From Pseudomonas synxantha (GTDB taxonomy: Bacteria; Pseudomonadota; Gammaproteobacteria; Pseudomonadales; Pseudomonadaceae), in assembly GCA_945874835.1 (NCBI GenBank), contig CAMCJM010000001.1:1-51492 (forward strand): 51,492 nt of DNA, given 5' to 3'. The notes beneath the pieces are model-generated. The model did no database searches and was not told where the DNA came from. It was given only the letters and a program-made list of their open reading frames with translations. This document shows positions 10,818 through 29,602 of the stretch, one piece after another; within the stretch, counting starts at the first letter, position 1, and every line of letters starts with the position of its first letter. The translations under genes and the position numbers were made by a program.

Positions 10818-12367
<1,550 letters not shown>

Positions 12368-12460
12368 TCATTGCGCGCTGGCGGTTGGACCAGCGCACAA
12401 AATGCACCAAATATTTGATCAGATTGTATACAAGTGGCACTTTACCGGAGATTTGCCGTT

Positions 12461-14972
<2,512 letters not shown>

Positions 14973-15078
14973 TCAATGCCGCCGGGGAAAGCGAAGGAAT
15001 ACCGATGCGCCAATTGCATTACTGCGCAATTGGCTCGCCTTGCCGATTCCCGGGGGAGTCGACAAAAGCGCTAGTAAG

Positions 15079-15117
15079 ACGGGAGCGTAGTCTACCGGAA
15101 AGGCCTTATCAGCTCAA
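15079..15117 (-). promoter_or_regulatory. Putative sigma70 promoter of pyrG
   Basis: TTGAGC (15117-15112)-N17-TAGACT (15094-15089), followed by ACGCTCCCGT. Confidence 0.65.
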
Positions 15118-16422
15118 ACCTTGATCATTCGTCGGCGGCTGCCAGTGAAATTGCCACCCACTGTCGTCAGCACCCTGCAGTCCCGCAAGGTTGGCGATGG
15201 CCACCACCTGCCCGTCCAGACGCAGCAGCGGCAAACGGTCACGCACGAACGTCGGCACACGGCGCTCATTAAGCAGGCGTTTGAGATCGCGGTGGCCGCG
15301 CCCCGCTATAAAGATCTTTTCTCCACCCCGGCGATAGCCCACCTGCCAGTGACCTGGAGGCAAAGCCCCCTCGATATGCACATAACCATTACCGGGCAGC
15401 ACAATGCGTTGACCAGGGCTGATGTCCTTTTCAAGCGGCTGCTGCGCGCCTAGCCAGTCACCCGCCAACCACCACAACTGCTCGTGGCTGCGAAGCAACT
15501 TGCCGGCCTGCAATTGCCACACGGGGGCGGCATCATGAGTGGCGTCGCGCAGCGTCTGCCAGCCAGCCCAATGTTCACTGTCTGGCATTGCTGTTAATGG
15601 CCGCAACCAATAACGCAGGGCATTACGCTGGCGCGAGTCACTCAGCGCGCGCAGCGCTGGTAGTGCCAGTTGCGGCAAGCCCAACCAGGCAAATTCTTCA
15701 GGTGTCGCCGCCGCATTGAGGTCTTGTTGCGCCAGTTCATCCAACAGTTGCTGCGCCTCGCTCAGGTGCGCCGCACTGCGCGCCATGCTCTTAAGGGCAT
15801 GCGGCCAACGCTGGGTGAGACTCGGTAGAACCTGACGGCGTAAGTAATTACGCGAAAACCGCTCATCGGTATTTGATGGATCATCAACCCAGAGCAAACC
15901 ATGCACCTGCGCATAAGCCTCTAAATCGGCGCGCGAACAGCCCAGCAATGGCCGCACTAAATGCCCAGCCGCCAAAACACGGTTAACGGGCATCGCCGCC
16001 AAACCCTGCACACCCGCCCCACGCAACAGACGAAAGATCAAGGTTTCCGCCTGATCATCGCGGTGCTGAGCCGTTAGCAACACCTCACCCACACCCAGAC
16101 GCGCTGCAAAGGCCGCATAACGCGCATCGCGTGCCGCCTGTTCGAGACTTGCGCCAGGCGGCACCTGCACATACTCGACATGCAGCGGCACACCCAGCTT
16201 TGAGCACAACGCGCGGCAGTGCGTCGGCCAGGCATCGGCCGCAGCCTGCAAACCGTGATGAATATGAATGGCGGAAAGTGGCGGCAACACCTCGCGTTGC
16301 GCAAGGCCAGCCAAAAGGTACAGCAGCACCGTGGAATCCAAACCACCGGACAAGGCAACTCGCCAGGCCGGCGCTAAGCGCCAGGGAGCTAGAGATTCCA
16401 GCAGCCTGGCGCTCAGCTCCAC
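15109..16422 (-). CDS. tilS: tRNA(Ile)-lysidine synthetase
   Basis: PP-loop ALSGGLDS, HHGLQ, AQHRDDQAET and RNYLR. Confidence 0.96.
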   Translation of the reverse strand: MELSARLLESLAPWRLAPAWRVALSGGLDSTVLLYLLAGLAQREVLPPLSAIHIHHGLQAAADAWPTHCRALCSKLGVPLHVEYVQVPPGASLEQAARDARYAAFAARLGVGEVLLTAQHRDDQAETLIFRLLRGAGVQGLAAMPVNRVLAAGHLVRPLLGCSRADLEAYAQVHGLLWVDDPSNTDERFSRNYLRRQVLPSLTQRWPHALKSMARSAAHLSEAQQLLDELAQQDLNAAATPEEFAWLGLPQLALPALRALSDSRQRNALRYWLRPLTAMPDSEHWAGWQTLRDATHDAAPVWQLQAGKLLRSHEQLWWLAGDWLGAQQPLEKDISPGQRIVLPGNGYVHIEGALPPGHWQVGYRRGGEKIFIAGRGHRDLKRLLNERRVPTFVRDRLPLLRLDGQVVAIANLAGLQGADDSGWQFHWQPPTNDQGLS

Positions 16423-17373
16423 TTATGCGATGCCGTAGCTCATCAGGCGCTCATAACGACGCTTGAGCAGCGCATCGGTATCGAACCCCTTGAGGGTTTT
16501 CAATTGCGCCAGCAACGCTTGACGAATCGACTCGGCGGCGGCGGCAGGATTGCTGTGCGCGCCACCCAGCGGCTCACCGATAACCTGATCGACGATACCC
16601 AAGCCTTTGAGGCGCTCAGCTGTGATGCCCATGGCTTCGGCGGCATCCGGGGCCTTTTCTGCGGTTTTCCACAGAATCGAAGCGCAGCCTTCCGGCGAAA
16701 TAACCGAGTAGGTGGAGTACTGCAGCATGTTCAGCTGATCGCTCACGCCAATCGCCAGCGCACCACCCGAACCACCTTCACCGATTACGGTGGCGATGAT
16801 TGGGGTTTTCAAACGCGCCATAACGCGCAGGTTCCAGGCGATGGCTTCGCTCTGGTTGCGCTCCTCTGCATCAATCCCCGGATAGGCACCCGGCGTATCA
16901 ATAAACGTCAGAATCGGCATTTTGAAGCGCTCGGCCATTTCCATCAGGCGGCAGGCTTTGCGGTAGCCCTCCGGACGCGGCATGCCAAAGTTGCGGCGCA
17001 CTTTTTCGCGAATCTCACGGCCTTTCTGGTGCCCGATGACCATCACCGGCTCACCGTCCAGACGCGCGACACCGCCAACTAGCGCCGCGTCATCGGAGAA
17101 GTGGCGATCGCCATGCAGCTCGTCAAACTCGGTAAAAATATGCTGCAAGTAATCCAGGGTGTAAGGACGGCGCGGATGACGCGCCAATTGGGCGATCTGC
17201 CAGCTGCTCAAACTGCCGAAAATGCTTTCGGTCAACGAGTTGCTTTTGTCCTGCAGGCGGGCGATTTCATCACTGATGTTCAACGAGTTGTCGCTACCGA
17301 CCAGGCGAAGCTCTTCGATCTTGGCTTGCAGGTCGGCGATCGGCTGTTCGAAATCGAGAAAATTCGGGTTCAT
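16423..17373 (-). CDS. accA: Acetyl-CoA carboxylase carboxyltransferase alpha subunit
   Basis: Motifs [20 protein letters not shown] and GEGGSGGA. Confidence 0.98.
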   Translation of the reverse strand: MNPNFLDFEQPIADLQAKIEELRLVGSDNSLNISDEIARLQDKSNSLTESIFGSLSSWQIAQLARHPRRPYTLDYLQHIFTEFDELHGDRHFSDDAALVGGVARLDGEPVMVIGHQKGREIREKVRRNFGMPRPEGYRKACRLMEMAERFKMPILTFIDTPGAYPGIDAEERNQSEAIAWNLRVMARLKTPIIATVIGEGGSGGALAIGVSDQLNMLQYSTYSVISPEGCASILWKTAEKAPDAAEAMGITAERLKGLGIVDQVIGEPLGGAHSNPAAAAESIRQALLAQLKTLKGFDTDALLKRRYERLMSYGIA

Positions 17374-17539
17374 AGTCATCCGTCTTGCGTCGACGGCCAA
17401 GTGGCCGGGAGCTGTATCCGTTATCGCGCCCTACCTTATAGCAGCAGGCGCATTCAGGTCGACACCCGGAGCGGTATGAAAATCATCACACGCGCCCCTG
17501 AGGCGTCACGACCGAAGGGCGAGACTATTGCCTCGCCAA

Positions 17540-21061
<3,522 letters not shown>

Positions 21062-21113
21062 AGCAGTCCTATACAAAACGCAGAATCAACAGGCGGGGAT
21101 TGTACAACTTAGG

Positions 21114-21190
21114 CAGCTGCAAGCTGCAAGCTGATCAGTGGCGGGTTAAGCGTTCGGCGGATTCAGACTGAACTTGGCGCTTGCAGCTTA
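21114..21190. repeat. Inverted arrays of AAGCTGC/GCAGCTT heptamers
   Basis: CAGCTGCAAGCTGCAAGCTG (21114-21133) faces CTTGGCGCTTGCAGCTT (21173-21189). Confidence 0.55.
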
Positions 21191-21787
21191 TGACGGCCCT
21201 AACAGGGCACGAACAGGGGCAAAAGAGCGACGGTGAATGGGCGTTGGGCCCAAGCGGCGCAGTGCTTCGAGATGAACCGGCGTGGGATAGCCTTTGTGCC
21301 CGGCGATGCCATAGCCGGGGTATTGCTGATCCAGCAACTGCATTTCCCGGTCACGCGCGACCTTGGCCAGAATCGAAGCGGCAGCAATGGCCGGAACCTG
21401 ACTATCGCCTTTGACCACGGCCGCACTGGGCACCTGCAACTGCGGACAACGGTTTCCGTCAATCAGCGCCAGCCGCGGCGTGACACTCAAACCCTCGACC
21501 GCACGCTGCATCGCCAGCATAGTGGCGTGGAGGATATTCAACCGATCAATTTCTTCCACTTCGGCGCGTGCGATGCACCAAGCCAGGGCTTTTTCGCAGA
21601 TTTCATCAAAGAGTTTTTCGCGACGTGCTTCGCTGAGCTTTTTCGAGTCATTCAGGCCCAAGATTGGCCGCGCCGGATCAAGAATGACCGCTGCCGTGAC
21701 GACTGCGCCGCAAAGCGGGCCGCGCCCGACTTCATCGACACCGGCAACCAGCGACTCCACCAGACTGAAATCCATGCCCAGTTGCAT
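21188..21787 (-). CDS. rnhB: Ribonuclease HII
   Basis: Motifs [13 protein letters not shown] and AASILAKV; the start overlaps the lpxB stop (TGATG). Confidence 0.97.
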   Translation of the reverse strand: MQLGMDFSLVESLVAGVDEVGRGPLCGAVVTAAVILDPARPILGLNDSKKLSEARREKLFDEICEKALAWCIARAEVEEIDRLNILHATMLAMQRAVEGLSVTPRLALIDGNRCPQLQVPSAAVVKGDSQVPAIAAASILAKVARDREMQLLDQQYPGYGIAGHKGYPTPVHLEALRRLGPTPIHRRSFAPVRALLGPS

Positions 21788-22920
21788 CAGCGTCGCCCGC
21801 AAAGATCAAGCACCGCTTGCGCAGCCTGAAGTGAGGCGTCGCGGCGCAAGGCGCGGTGAATCACATCGAAACCTTCTGTCTGCACTTCGCCGCCTTCCAG
21901 CAGGGGGGCCAGTAACTGGGCCAACGCCTCAGGCGTAGCGGCGTCCTGAATCAGCTCGGGAACCAGCAAGCGCTCGGCCAATAGATTAGGCAGCGAGATA
22001 TAGGCGCTGGTGACCAAGCGTTTAAGAATTCGATAAGTCAGCGGAGCCACCTTATAGGCAACCACCATCGGCCGCTTGAACAGCAGGGCTTCAAGCGTCG
22101 CCGTACCCGAGGCAATCAACACTGCATCACAGGCTGCCAGGGCTTCGTGAGAGCGGCCATCGAGCAGAATCAACGGCACATCACGCCCCACCAGCATCTG
22201 CTCAAGCTGAGCACGACGCTCAGGGCTGGAGCACGGCAGGACAAACTGAATGCCCGGACGCAAGGTGCGCAGGCGCACAGCTGCGTCGAGAAAGAGATTA
22301 CCCAGCCGCGCCACTTCACCACCGCGGCTGCCCGGCATAAGGGCAACAACCGGCTGATCCTGTAACAGATTAAGCGCCTCACGCGCCGCCGCACGATCCG
22401 CCTGGTGCGGAATGGTATCGGCCAGCGGATGACCGACAAAACGCACCGGCACCTGATGATCCTGATAGAACTGCGCCTCAAACGGGAACAGCGTGAGCAT
22501 CAGGTCGCAGGCTTGACGAATTTTTAGCACGCGTTTTTGCCGCCACGCCCATACGGACGGGCTGACGTAATGCACGGTCTTGATCCCTGCCTGGCGCAAC
22601 TTGAGTTCAACCGTGAGGTTAAAATCCGGGGCGTCAATGCCGACAAACACATCAGGCTTGGCTTCAATCAAGCTGTTGATCAGGCGCTTACGCCGCAACA
22701 TTAACTCAGGTAAACGGCCAAGCACCTCGACCAGCCCCATCACCGACAGGCGCTCCATCGGGAAGTAAGAGTTAAGCCCTTGGGCTTGCATCAGCGGGCC
22801 ACCGACACCGATAAATTCGATCTGAGGATATTGGGCTTTGAGGGCCTGCATCAGGCCAGCGCCGAGAATATCGCCGGACGCCTCGCCGGCGACCAGCGCG
22901 ACACGCATCAGGTCAGTCAT
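21787..22920 (-). CDS. lpxB: Lipid-A-disaccharide synthase
   Basis: Motifs [14 protein letters not shown] and SPSVWAWR. Confidence 0.98.
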   Translation of the reverse strand: MTDLMRVALVAGEASGDILGAGLMQALKAQYPQIEFIGVGGPLMQAQGLNSYFPMERLSVMGLVEVLGRLPELMLRRKRLINSLIEAKPDVFVGIDAPDFNLTVELKLRQAGIKTVHYVSPSVWAWRQKRVLKIRQACDLMLTLFPFEAQFYQDHQVPVRFVGHPLADTIPHQADRAAAREALNLLQDQPVVALMPGSRGGEVARLGNLFLDAAVRLRTLRPGIQFVLPCSSPERRAQLEQMLVGRDVPLILLDGRSHEALAACDAVLIASGTATLEALLFKRPMVVAYKVAPLTYRILKRLVTSAYISLPNLLAERLLVPELIQDAATPEALAQLLAPLLEGGEVQTEGFDVIHRALRRDASLQAAQAVLDLCGRR

Positions 22921-22923
22921 AAG

Positions 22924-23700
22924 TTATCGGGTTATGCCGCGGCCGGAAGCCTGGATGGAGTCGCGAAAAATGGCCACTTCGGGAAAGGCTGCAGCAGACT
23001 CGGCCAGTTCCGCCAGCGCTTGTTCTATCGTCAGCCCCTGGCGATAGACAATTTTGTAACCACGCCGCAGTTCGGCAATGGCCTCAGGGCTAAAGCCACG
23101 GCGGCGCATGCCTTCAAAATTCATGCTGCGCGCTTCGGCGGGGTTACCGGACACCATGACATAGGCCGGTACGTCTTTACCGATGGCGGTGCCCATGGCC
23201 GCGAAGGAGTGAGCACCGATGCGGCAGAACTGATGCACCAGCGTGTAGCCGGAGAGAATCGCCCAATCACCAATATGCACATGCCCGGCGAGGGCGACGT
23301 TATTGACCAGAATGCAGTGGTTGCCCACCACGCTGTCGTGGCCAATATGGGCGTAGGCCATGATCAGGTTGTGATCTCCCACGGTGGTCTCGTCACGGTC
23401 CTGAATGGTACCGCGGTGCATGGTTACGCCTTCGCGGATGATGTTGTGGTCACCAATCACCAGGCGAGTCGGCTCACCTTTGTACTTTCGATCTGGAGTG
23501 TCCTCGCCCAGCGAGGAGAATTGGTAAACACGGTTGTGCTTACCAATGCGCGTTGGCCCCTTAATGATGACGTTGGGACCAATCACGGTTCCCCCACCGA
23601 TTTCAACATCGGCCCCTACAATCGACCAAGGGCCGACGACGACGTCGTCAGCCAGCTTGGCGCTGGGATCAATGATGGCGCGTGGGTCAATCAAACTCAT
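22924..23700 (-). CDS. lpxA: UDP-N-acetylglucosamine O-acyltransferase
   Basis: Hexapeptide repeats and AHIGHD; operon position. Confidence 0.97.
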   Translation of the reverse strand: MSLIDPRAIIDPSAKLADDVVVGPWSIVGADVEIGGGTVIGPNVIIKGPTRIGKHNRVYQFSSLGEDTPDRKYKGEPTRLVIGDHNIIREGVTMHRGTIQDRDETTVGDHNLIMAYAHIGHDSVVGNHCILVNNVALAGHVHIGDWAILSGYTLVHQFCRIGAHSFAAMGTAIGKDVPAYVMVSGNPAEARSMNFEGMRRRGFSPEAIAELRRGYKIVYRQGLTIEQALAELAESAAAFPEVAIFRDSIQASGRGITR

Positions 23701-24137
23701 ATTTTACGTTCCGCACAGATGATTTCAGCCGAACACACTTCCTTGCCGTCGACAATGGCCTTGCACTCGAACTTCCAGATGCTGCGCTTGTTACTCAGGT
23801 ATTTGGCTTCCAGCTGAAGCTGATCGCCTGGCACGACTGGCTGGCGAAAGCGTAGCTTGTCGGAGCCAACAAAGTAATACAGCGTGCCATCGGATGGTTT
23901 CATGCCCATCATTTTGAAACCAAGAATGCCGGCAGCCTGAGCCATGGCTTCGATGATCAGCACACCCGGCATAATCGGGTGTTCAGGGAAGTGCCCGTTG
24001 AAGAATGGCTCGTTGATGCTGACATTCTTGTAGGCACGAATGGACTTGCCCTCAAGATCGAGCTCAGCCACACGATCCACCAACAGGAACGGGTAGCGGT
24101 GCGGCAAGTATTCGCGAATCTGGTTAATGTCCATCAT
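23697..24137 (-). CDS. fabZ: 3-hydroxyacyl-ACP dehydratase
   Basis: Motifs [11 protein letters not shown] and GHFP..PIMPGV. Confidence 0.98.
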   Translation of the reverse strand: MMDINQIREYLPHRYPFLLVDRVAELDLEGKSIRAYKNVSINEPFFNGHFPEHPIMPGVLIIEAMAQAAGILGFKMMGMKPSDGTLYYFVGSDKLRFRQPVVPGDQLQLEAKYLSNKRSIWKFECKAIVDGKEVCSAEIICAERKI

Positions 24138-24184
24138 GAGCAGAGAAGCCTGTAAGAGAAAAAAGAGAAGCCGGCTGAACCGGC

Positions 24185-25243
24185 TCAGGCATCAGATGAA
24201 GTGTCAGCGGCCGAGGTCACTGTGGCCAGCTGTTTTTCCACCTGTTGCAGACGGCGCGCCATATCATCCAACTGGCGAATCCGCGCCGCACTCTTGCGCC
24301 ACTCAGCCGCTGGCTGCATGGCGGTACCCGAGGAATAAGACCCCGGTTCGGTGATTGAGCGCGTCACCATGGTCATACCCGTCACGAAGACGTTGTCACA
24401 GACCTCGATGTGGCCAACCATGCCTACGCCACCCGCAATCATGCAGTTTTTGCCGATTTTGGTACTGCCGGAAATTCCCGCACAACCAGCCATGGCCGTG
24501 TTATCACCAATCTGCACGTTGTGCGCGATCATGATCTGGTTATCCAACTTAACGCCATTACCGATCAGCGTGTCAGACAAGGCACCGCGATCGACCGTGG
24601 TATTAGCGCCAATCTCGACATCATCACCGATGGTCACACCACCGATCTGTGCGATTTTTTGCCAAACGCCTTTTTCATTAGCAAAGCCAAAGCCTTCACC
24701 GCCGATCACCGCGCCGGACTGAATCACAACGCGCTTACCAATCTGCACATCGTGATAAAGCGTGACGCGTGGTGCCAACCAGCCACCCTCGCCAATCACT
24801 GAGCGTGCACCCACCACAGAGTGGGAACCGACCGTTACGCCCGCGCCAATCTGCGCTGCACTTTCAATAACAGCGTAAGCGCCGATACTGGCGCTCGCAT
24901 CAACACGCGCGTCATCCGCGATCACCGCAGTGGGATGAATCCCGCTTAGGGCGCGCGGCTTGCGGTCAAACAGGTGGGAAAGTTCGGCGTACGCCAAGTA
25001 GGGATTGGCCACAACCAAGGCTGTACCGGCAAAGCCTTCTGCGTCGGCAGCTGTCAGCAACACCGCACCTGCCTGAGTTGTAGACAGGTATTTGCGGTAT
25101 TGCGAATTAGCCAGAAAACTCAGCTGATCGGCAGCGGCATCCTGCAAAGTTGCCAAACCACTGAGCTGTTTTTCTGATGAGCCACGCACAGTGGCCCCCA
25201 GACGCTCAGCCAATTGGCTAACGGTATAAACCATTGCGCTCAT
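24185..25243 (-). CDS. lpxD: UDP-3-O-acylglucosamine N-acyltransferase
   Basis: Motifs GGEGFGF, DRGAL and [12 protein letters not shown] with hexapeptide repeats. Confidence 0.97.
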   Translation of the reverse strand: MSAMVYTVSQLAERLGATVRGSSEKQLSGLATLQDAAADQLSFLANSQYRKYLSTTQAGAVLLTAADAEGFAGTALVVANPYLAYAELSHLFDRKPRALSGIHPTAVIADDARVDASASIGAYAVIESAAQIGAGVTVGSHSVVGARSVIGEGGWLAPRVTLYHDVQIGKRVVIQSGAVIGGEGFGFANEKGVWQKIAQIGGVTIGDDVEIGANTTVDRGALSDTLIGNGVKLDNQIMIAHNVQIGDNTAMAGCAGISGSTKIGKNCMIAGGVGMVGHIEVCDNVFVTGMTMVTRSITEPGSYSSGTAMQPAAEWRKSAARIRQLDDMARRLQQVEKQLATVTSAADTSSDA

Positions 25244-25245
25244 GA

Positions 25246-25749
25246 TTAGCGCAGCTGATTCATACGCTCGATAACCTGGCGGGTAATATCAAACTGAGGT
25301 TTGACATCAATCACCGCGCCGCGCTCAAGAACCAAGTCAAAGTTACCGGTCTTGATCACTTCTTCAACAGCTTTATCCAAGTTCGGCTTGAGCTTTTTCA
25401 GCATATCGCGATCTGCAACAGCCTTAGACTCATTGAGCTCTTTGGACTGGAACTGGAAATCACGGGCTTTTTGCTTGAATTCAAGCTCAAGACGCTCACG
25501 CTCAGCGGTCTGCATTTTGTCGCCGTCTTTAACCAAACGATCCTGAATACGCTTGGCATCGCTTTCCAAGGTTTTCAGCTTGTTTAACTGCGGACCAAAT
25601 TTCTTTTCCGCATCCACGGCGTAACGCTTGGCTGCATCGGATTCCAGCAGGGCCATTTGATAGTTCAGAACCGCCACTTTCATCTGGGCAAAGGCCGGGG
25701 TCGCCATCATGGCCACGATGAGCAAAACCAGTTGAGTCAACTTACGCAC
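25246..25749 (-). CDS. skp: OmpH/Skp periplasmic chaperone
   Basis: Signal peptide (AFA cleavage motif), coiled coil and DIT motif; lies between bamA and lpxD. Confidence 0.93.
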   Translation of the reverse strand: MRKLTQLVLLIVAMMATPAFAQMKVAVLNYQMALLESDAAKRYAVDAEKKFGPQLNKLKTLESDAKRIQDRLVKDGDKMQTAERERLELEFKQKARDFQFQSKELNESKAVADRDMLKKLKPNLDKAVEEVIKTGNFDLVLERGAVIDVKPQFDITRQVIERMNQLR

Positions 25750-25791
25750 GGTGAAACTCCTGCAAAACTGTGGATTTCAATAATCTGACGC

Positions 25792-28140
25792 TTAGAACGT
25801 CTGACCGAGAGAGAACTGGAAAATCTGCGTATCAGCGTCATCTGGCTTGACGATTGGCATGGCCAAACTGAAGCTCAACGGACCCAGCGCAGTAATCCAG
25901 GTCAAGCCAACACCCACGGAGCTGGCCAGCTGACCGGGGTCTATGTTGTTGCAATCTTTCTGCGAGCTGCCGCAGTTGGTGTCGAAGACATTACCCACGT
26001 CCCAGAATAATGCAGTGCGCAACGAACGCTGGTCTTTAACAAACGGCATAGGGAAGAGCAACTCAGCACCGCCCTGGATTAAGACGTTGCCGCCAAACGG
26101 CAGCGGATCTTGGTCTGGATCACGCAAAGTGCCTGGATTAGTACCCTTGCTTGGCGTACTACGCGGCCCAAGGCTGCTGTCTTTGAAGCCTCGCACCGAG
26201 TTGAACCCACCGGCGTAATAGTGCTCATAAAACGGCAGGTCGCTGGTTGAACCGTAGCTATCGCCATAACCCAATTGACTATGCAGACGCAGGGTGTAGG
26301 TGTCGGTTAGAGGTTTGAATATCTGGCCGCGGTAGTCGATCTTGTAGAACGACAGATCACTTCCGGGCACAGTACTTTCGAAAACCAGGCTTTGCGAATG
26401 GCCACGGTTGGCCAGCACACCACGGTTCAGAGTCGACTCAGACCAGCCAATAGAGGCCTTGAGGTTGATGTAATCCTCTCCTTCGGCCTTGAGAAAGCTG
26501 AAGATCTCATCAACGGTATATACACCAGTGCCAATGCTGTCGTTCTGAATCGTCAGGCCGTAGGTCAAGCGTGAAGTATCGCTGATCGGGTAGCCAATGC
26601 TGACGCCAGCACCGTAGCTGTCGACAGAGTAGCTCGATACATCGGTATTCAGTTCGTCGTAATCCGTCTCACGGAAGAAGGCGTTATAACCCAGGCTCAC
26701 GCCATCAGCTGTCCAGTAGGGATCCACGAAACCGAAGTTGTAGCTGCTTTGGTATTCGCTGCGATTGAGCCCCAGACTGACTTTGTTACCCGTCCCCAGG
26801 AAGTTGTTCTGGGTGATCGAGCCGCCAAGAATCAGACCGGCATTTTGCGCAAAACCAACACTGGCGGTGATGGAGCCCGACGCCTGCTCTTCGACGCTGT
26901 AGTTCACGTCGATCTGATCATCGGTGCCTGGCACTTGTGGGGTTTCGACGTTGACTTCCTTGAAGTAGCCCAGACGTTCCAAGCGCACTTTGGACTGGTC
27001 AATCAGGTAGGTGGAGGCCCAACCGCCTTCCATCTGCCGCATTTCACGGCGCAGCACTTCGTCTTCAGACTTTGTGTTGCCACGGAAGTTGATGCGGTTG
27101 ACGTACGCACGCTTACCGGGATCGACCACAAAGGTGATCGACACGGTGCCATCGTCGTGTGCTTCTGGCACGCCATTGACGTTGGCGAAGGTGTAACCCT
27201 CGTTACCCAGGCGACGGGTGATCAGTTCGGAGGTAGTGGTCATCACTTTGCGCGAGAACACCTGGCCTTCCTGAACCAGCAACAATGCACGCACCTGCTC
27301 TTCAGGCACTTTTAGTTCACCACTGAGTTTGACCTCACGCACGGTGAACTTTTCACCCTCTTCTACGTTGACTGTGGCGTAGACGTGCTTTTTATCCGGG
27401 GTGATGGATACCTGCGTCGAGCTGATATCCATGTTGATATGGCCACGATCCAGATAATAGGAGCGCAGACGCTCCAAATCGCCGGAGAGCTTCTCGCGGG
27501 CGTACTTATCATCGTTGCGGAAGAAAGACAGCCAGTTGGTGGTTTTCAGCTCGAAGAGGTCGATCAAGTCTTCATCAGAGAAAACGCTGTTACCCACCAC
27601 GTTGATGTGCTGAATAGCGGCGACCGAACCTTCGCTGATGTTGATCTTCAGGGCCACACGGTTGCGCGGCTGAGGAATGACCTCCGCTTCAATCTCGGCG
27701 GAGTAACGGCCCTGAGACACATATTGGCGCTGCAGTTCGTTACGCACACCTTCAAGCGTGGCGCGCTGAAATATCTCGCCTTCCGCCAAGCCAGATTGGT
27801 TAAGACCTTTGAGTAGATCTTCACTGCTGATGGCTTTGTTGCCATCAATTTCAATACTGGAAATAGAGGGGCGTTCCACCACAGTCACAACCAACACATC
27901 GCCTTCACGACCCAGCTGGATGTCCTGAAAAAAGCCCGTTTTGAACAGCTCGCGCGTCGCTTCAACCAGTGCTCGATCATCGGCTTTGGCGCCCACATTG
28001 AGCGGTAACGCACCAAAAACGCTGCCTGCGGAAACCCGCTGCAGACCGGTAACCCGGATATCGGAGATTGTGAAGGACTCGGCGTGAACTTCGGTGATCA
28101 TCAGTGCGGCAAGCACTGCTGGTAGCAGCAGACGTTTCAT
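25792..28140 (-). CDS. bamA: Outer membrane protein assembly factor BamA
   Basis: POTRA repeats, VRGF motif and C-terminal FQFSLGQTF. Confidence 0.98.
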   Translation of the reverse strand: MKRLLLPAVLAALMITEVHAESFTISDIRVTGLQRVSAGSVFGALPLNVGAKADDRALVEATRELFKTGFFQDIQLGREGDVLVVTVVERPSISSIEIDGNKAISSEDLLKGLNQSGLAEGEIFQRATLEGVRNELQRQYVSQGRYSAEIEAEVIPQPRNRVALKINISEGSVAAIQHINVVGNSVFSDEDLIDLFELKTTNWLSFFRNDDKYAREKLSGDLERLRSYYLDRGHINMDISSTQVSITPDKKHVYATVNVEEGEKFTVREVKLSGELKVPEEQVRALLLVQEGQVFSRKVMTTTSELITRRLGNEGYTFANVNGVPEAHDDGTVSITFVVDPGKRAYVNRINFRGNTKSEDEVLRREMRQMEGGWASTYLIDQSKVRLERLGYFKEVNVETPQVPGTDDQIDVNYSVEEQASGSITASVGFAQNAGLILGGSITQNNFLGTGNKVSLGLNRSEYQSSYNFGFVDPYWTADGVSLGYNAFFRETDYDELNTDVSSYSVDSYGAGVSIGYPISDTSRLTYGLTIQNDSIGTGVYTVDEIFSFLKAEGEDYINLKASIGWSESTLNRGVLANRGHSQSLVFESTVPGSDLSFYKIDYRGQIFKPLTDTYTLRLHSQLGYGDSYGSTSDLPFYEHYYAGGFNSVRGFKDSSLGPRSTPSKGTNPGTLRDPDQDPLPFGGNVLIQGGAELLFPMPFVKDQRSLRTALFWDVGNVFDTNCGSSQKDCNNIDPGQLASSVGVGLTWITALGPLSFSLAMPIVKPDDADTQIFQFSLGQTF

Positions 28141-28228
28141 GAAGTCCTTTCTTATTCCAACTGACAATAAAAAATCTGCCGCTTCACGCGACACTTTTTG
28201 TACAAACCGAGAGCGTGAACAGCAGCGA

Positions 28229-29581
28229 TTACAGACGGCTTAAATCGTTTATCAGGGCCAGTAACATTACCCCGACGACCATGCTGATGCCGATCTGCAT
28301 TCCCCAACCTTGTATCCGATCCGACAAGGGCCGACCACGCACCCACTCGACCAGATAAAACAGCAGATGCCCCCCATCCAACACGGGAATGGGCAACAAA
28401 TTGAGAACCCCCAGGCTAATGCTCAAGTAGGCAAGGAATTTAAGGAAATCACTTAAACCCGACTCAGCGGAAGCGCACGCCACTTTAGCAATGGTTATCG
28501 GCCCGCTCAAGTTTTTTACCGAGAGCTCGCCAAACAGCATTTTCTTCAATGATTCAAGGGTCAGAACGCTCATTGCCCAGGTGTTTTTCGCACCCTCAGC
28601 GATGGCGTCTAGCGGACCAAAACGCACCTCCCGCAGCATCTCCGCAGGCCATTGACCGCCTGCAACACCCGCCCCCAGATAACCACGTTGAGCGCCACCC
28701 TCACCGCGCGCGGCCAGGTTTAGGGGCAACTGCAGTTGCACACCCTCGCGCTCAATAAGCAGGTTGACACTTTTTTCCGGCATGGCACGAATCTGATCAA
28801 CCCACTGCTGCCAATCAGTCAACGCCTGACCATCCAGAGCCAGCAAACGATCACCTACCCTTAGCCCTGCGGCCTGGGCCGGCCCATCAGGGTCCAGCTG
28901 AGCCAGCACAGGCTCTAGCGCAGGACGCCAAGGGCGAATACCCAGCGAGGCAATCGGGTCCGGCTCATCAGCGCCACGCAGCCAGTTATCCAAGGTAATC
29001 GTGCGTTGGATTTCAGCCGTAGAGCCCGGCGTTAACAACGCGACATTGATCGAGCCGCTTTCACCCAGACGGCTGACCAACTGCAGATTGACGGCGGCCC
29101 AGCCGGTGGTGGCTTTACCGTTAACGGCAACAATCTCTTGTCCCGCCGCAAGACCCGCCACATCCGCCAGACTGCCAACCTCAACCGCACCAATAACCGG
29201 GCGCACCTGCTGGCCACCCAGCATCGCCACCGCCCAGAAAAATAGCAGCGCAAGCAAGAAGTTGGCGATAGGTCCGGCCGCAACGATGGCAATGCGCTGC
29301 TGGACCGATTTACGGTTAAAGGACTGATCGAGCAACTCAAGCGCGACATCGCCTTCACGCTCATCGAGCATTTTTACGTAGCCACCCAGCGGGATGGCGG
29401 CCACAACAAACTCGGTTCCTTGCCGGTCATGCCAGCGCAGCAATGGGCTGCCGAAGCCGACGGAAAAGCGCAGCACCTTAACGCCACAACGACGGGCAAC
29501 CCAAAAATGACCAAACTCATGAATGGTAACCAACACCCCAAGTGCAACCAGGGTGCCCACCAACATATACAGTGCGCTCAT
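28229..29581 (-). CDS. rseP: Intramembrane zinc metalloprotease RseP
   Basis: HEFGH, two PDZ domains and NLLPIPVLDGG. Confidence 0.97.
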   Translation of the reverse strand: MSALYMLVGTLVALGVLVTIHEFGHFWVARRCGVKVLRFSVGFGSPLLRWHDRQGTEFVVAAIPLGGYVKMLDEREGDVALELLDQSFNRKSVQQRIAIVAAGPIANFLLALLFFWAVAMLGGQQVRPVIGAVEVGSLADVAGLAAGQEIVAVNGKATTGWAAVNLQLVSRLGESGSINVALLTPGSTAEIQRTITLDNWLRGADEPDPIASLGIRPWRPALEPVLAQLDPDGPAQAAGLRVGDRLLALDGQALTDWQQWVDQIRAMPEKSVNLLIEREGVQLQLPLNLAARGEGGAQRGYLGAGVAGGQWPAEMLREVRFGPLDAIAEGAKNTWAMSVLTLESLKKMLFGELSVKNLSGPITIAKVACASAESGLSDFLKFLAYLSISLGVLNLLPIPVLDGGHLLFYLVEWVRGRPLSDRIQGWGMQIGISMVVGVMLLALINDLSRL

Positions 29582-29602
29582 CTTACTTCTCCGCGTCGGC
29601 GA

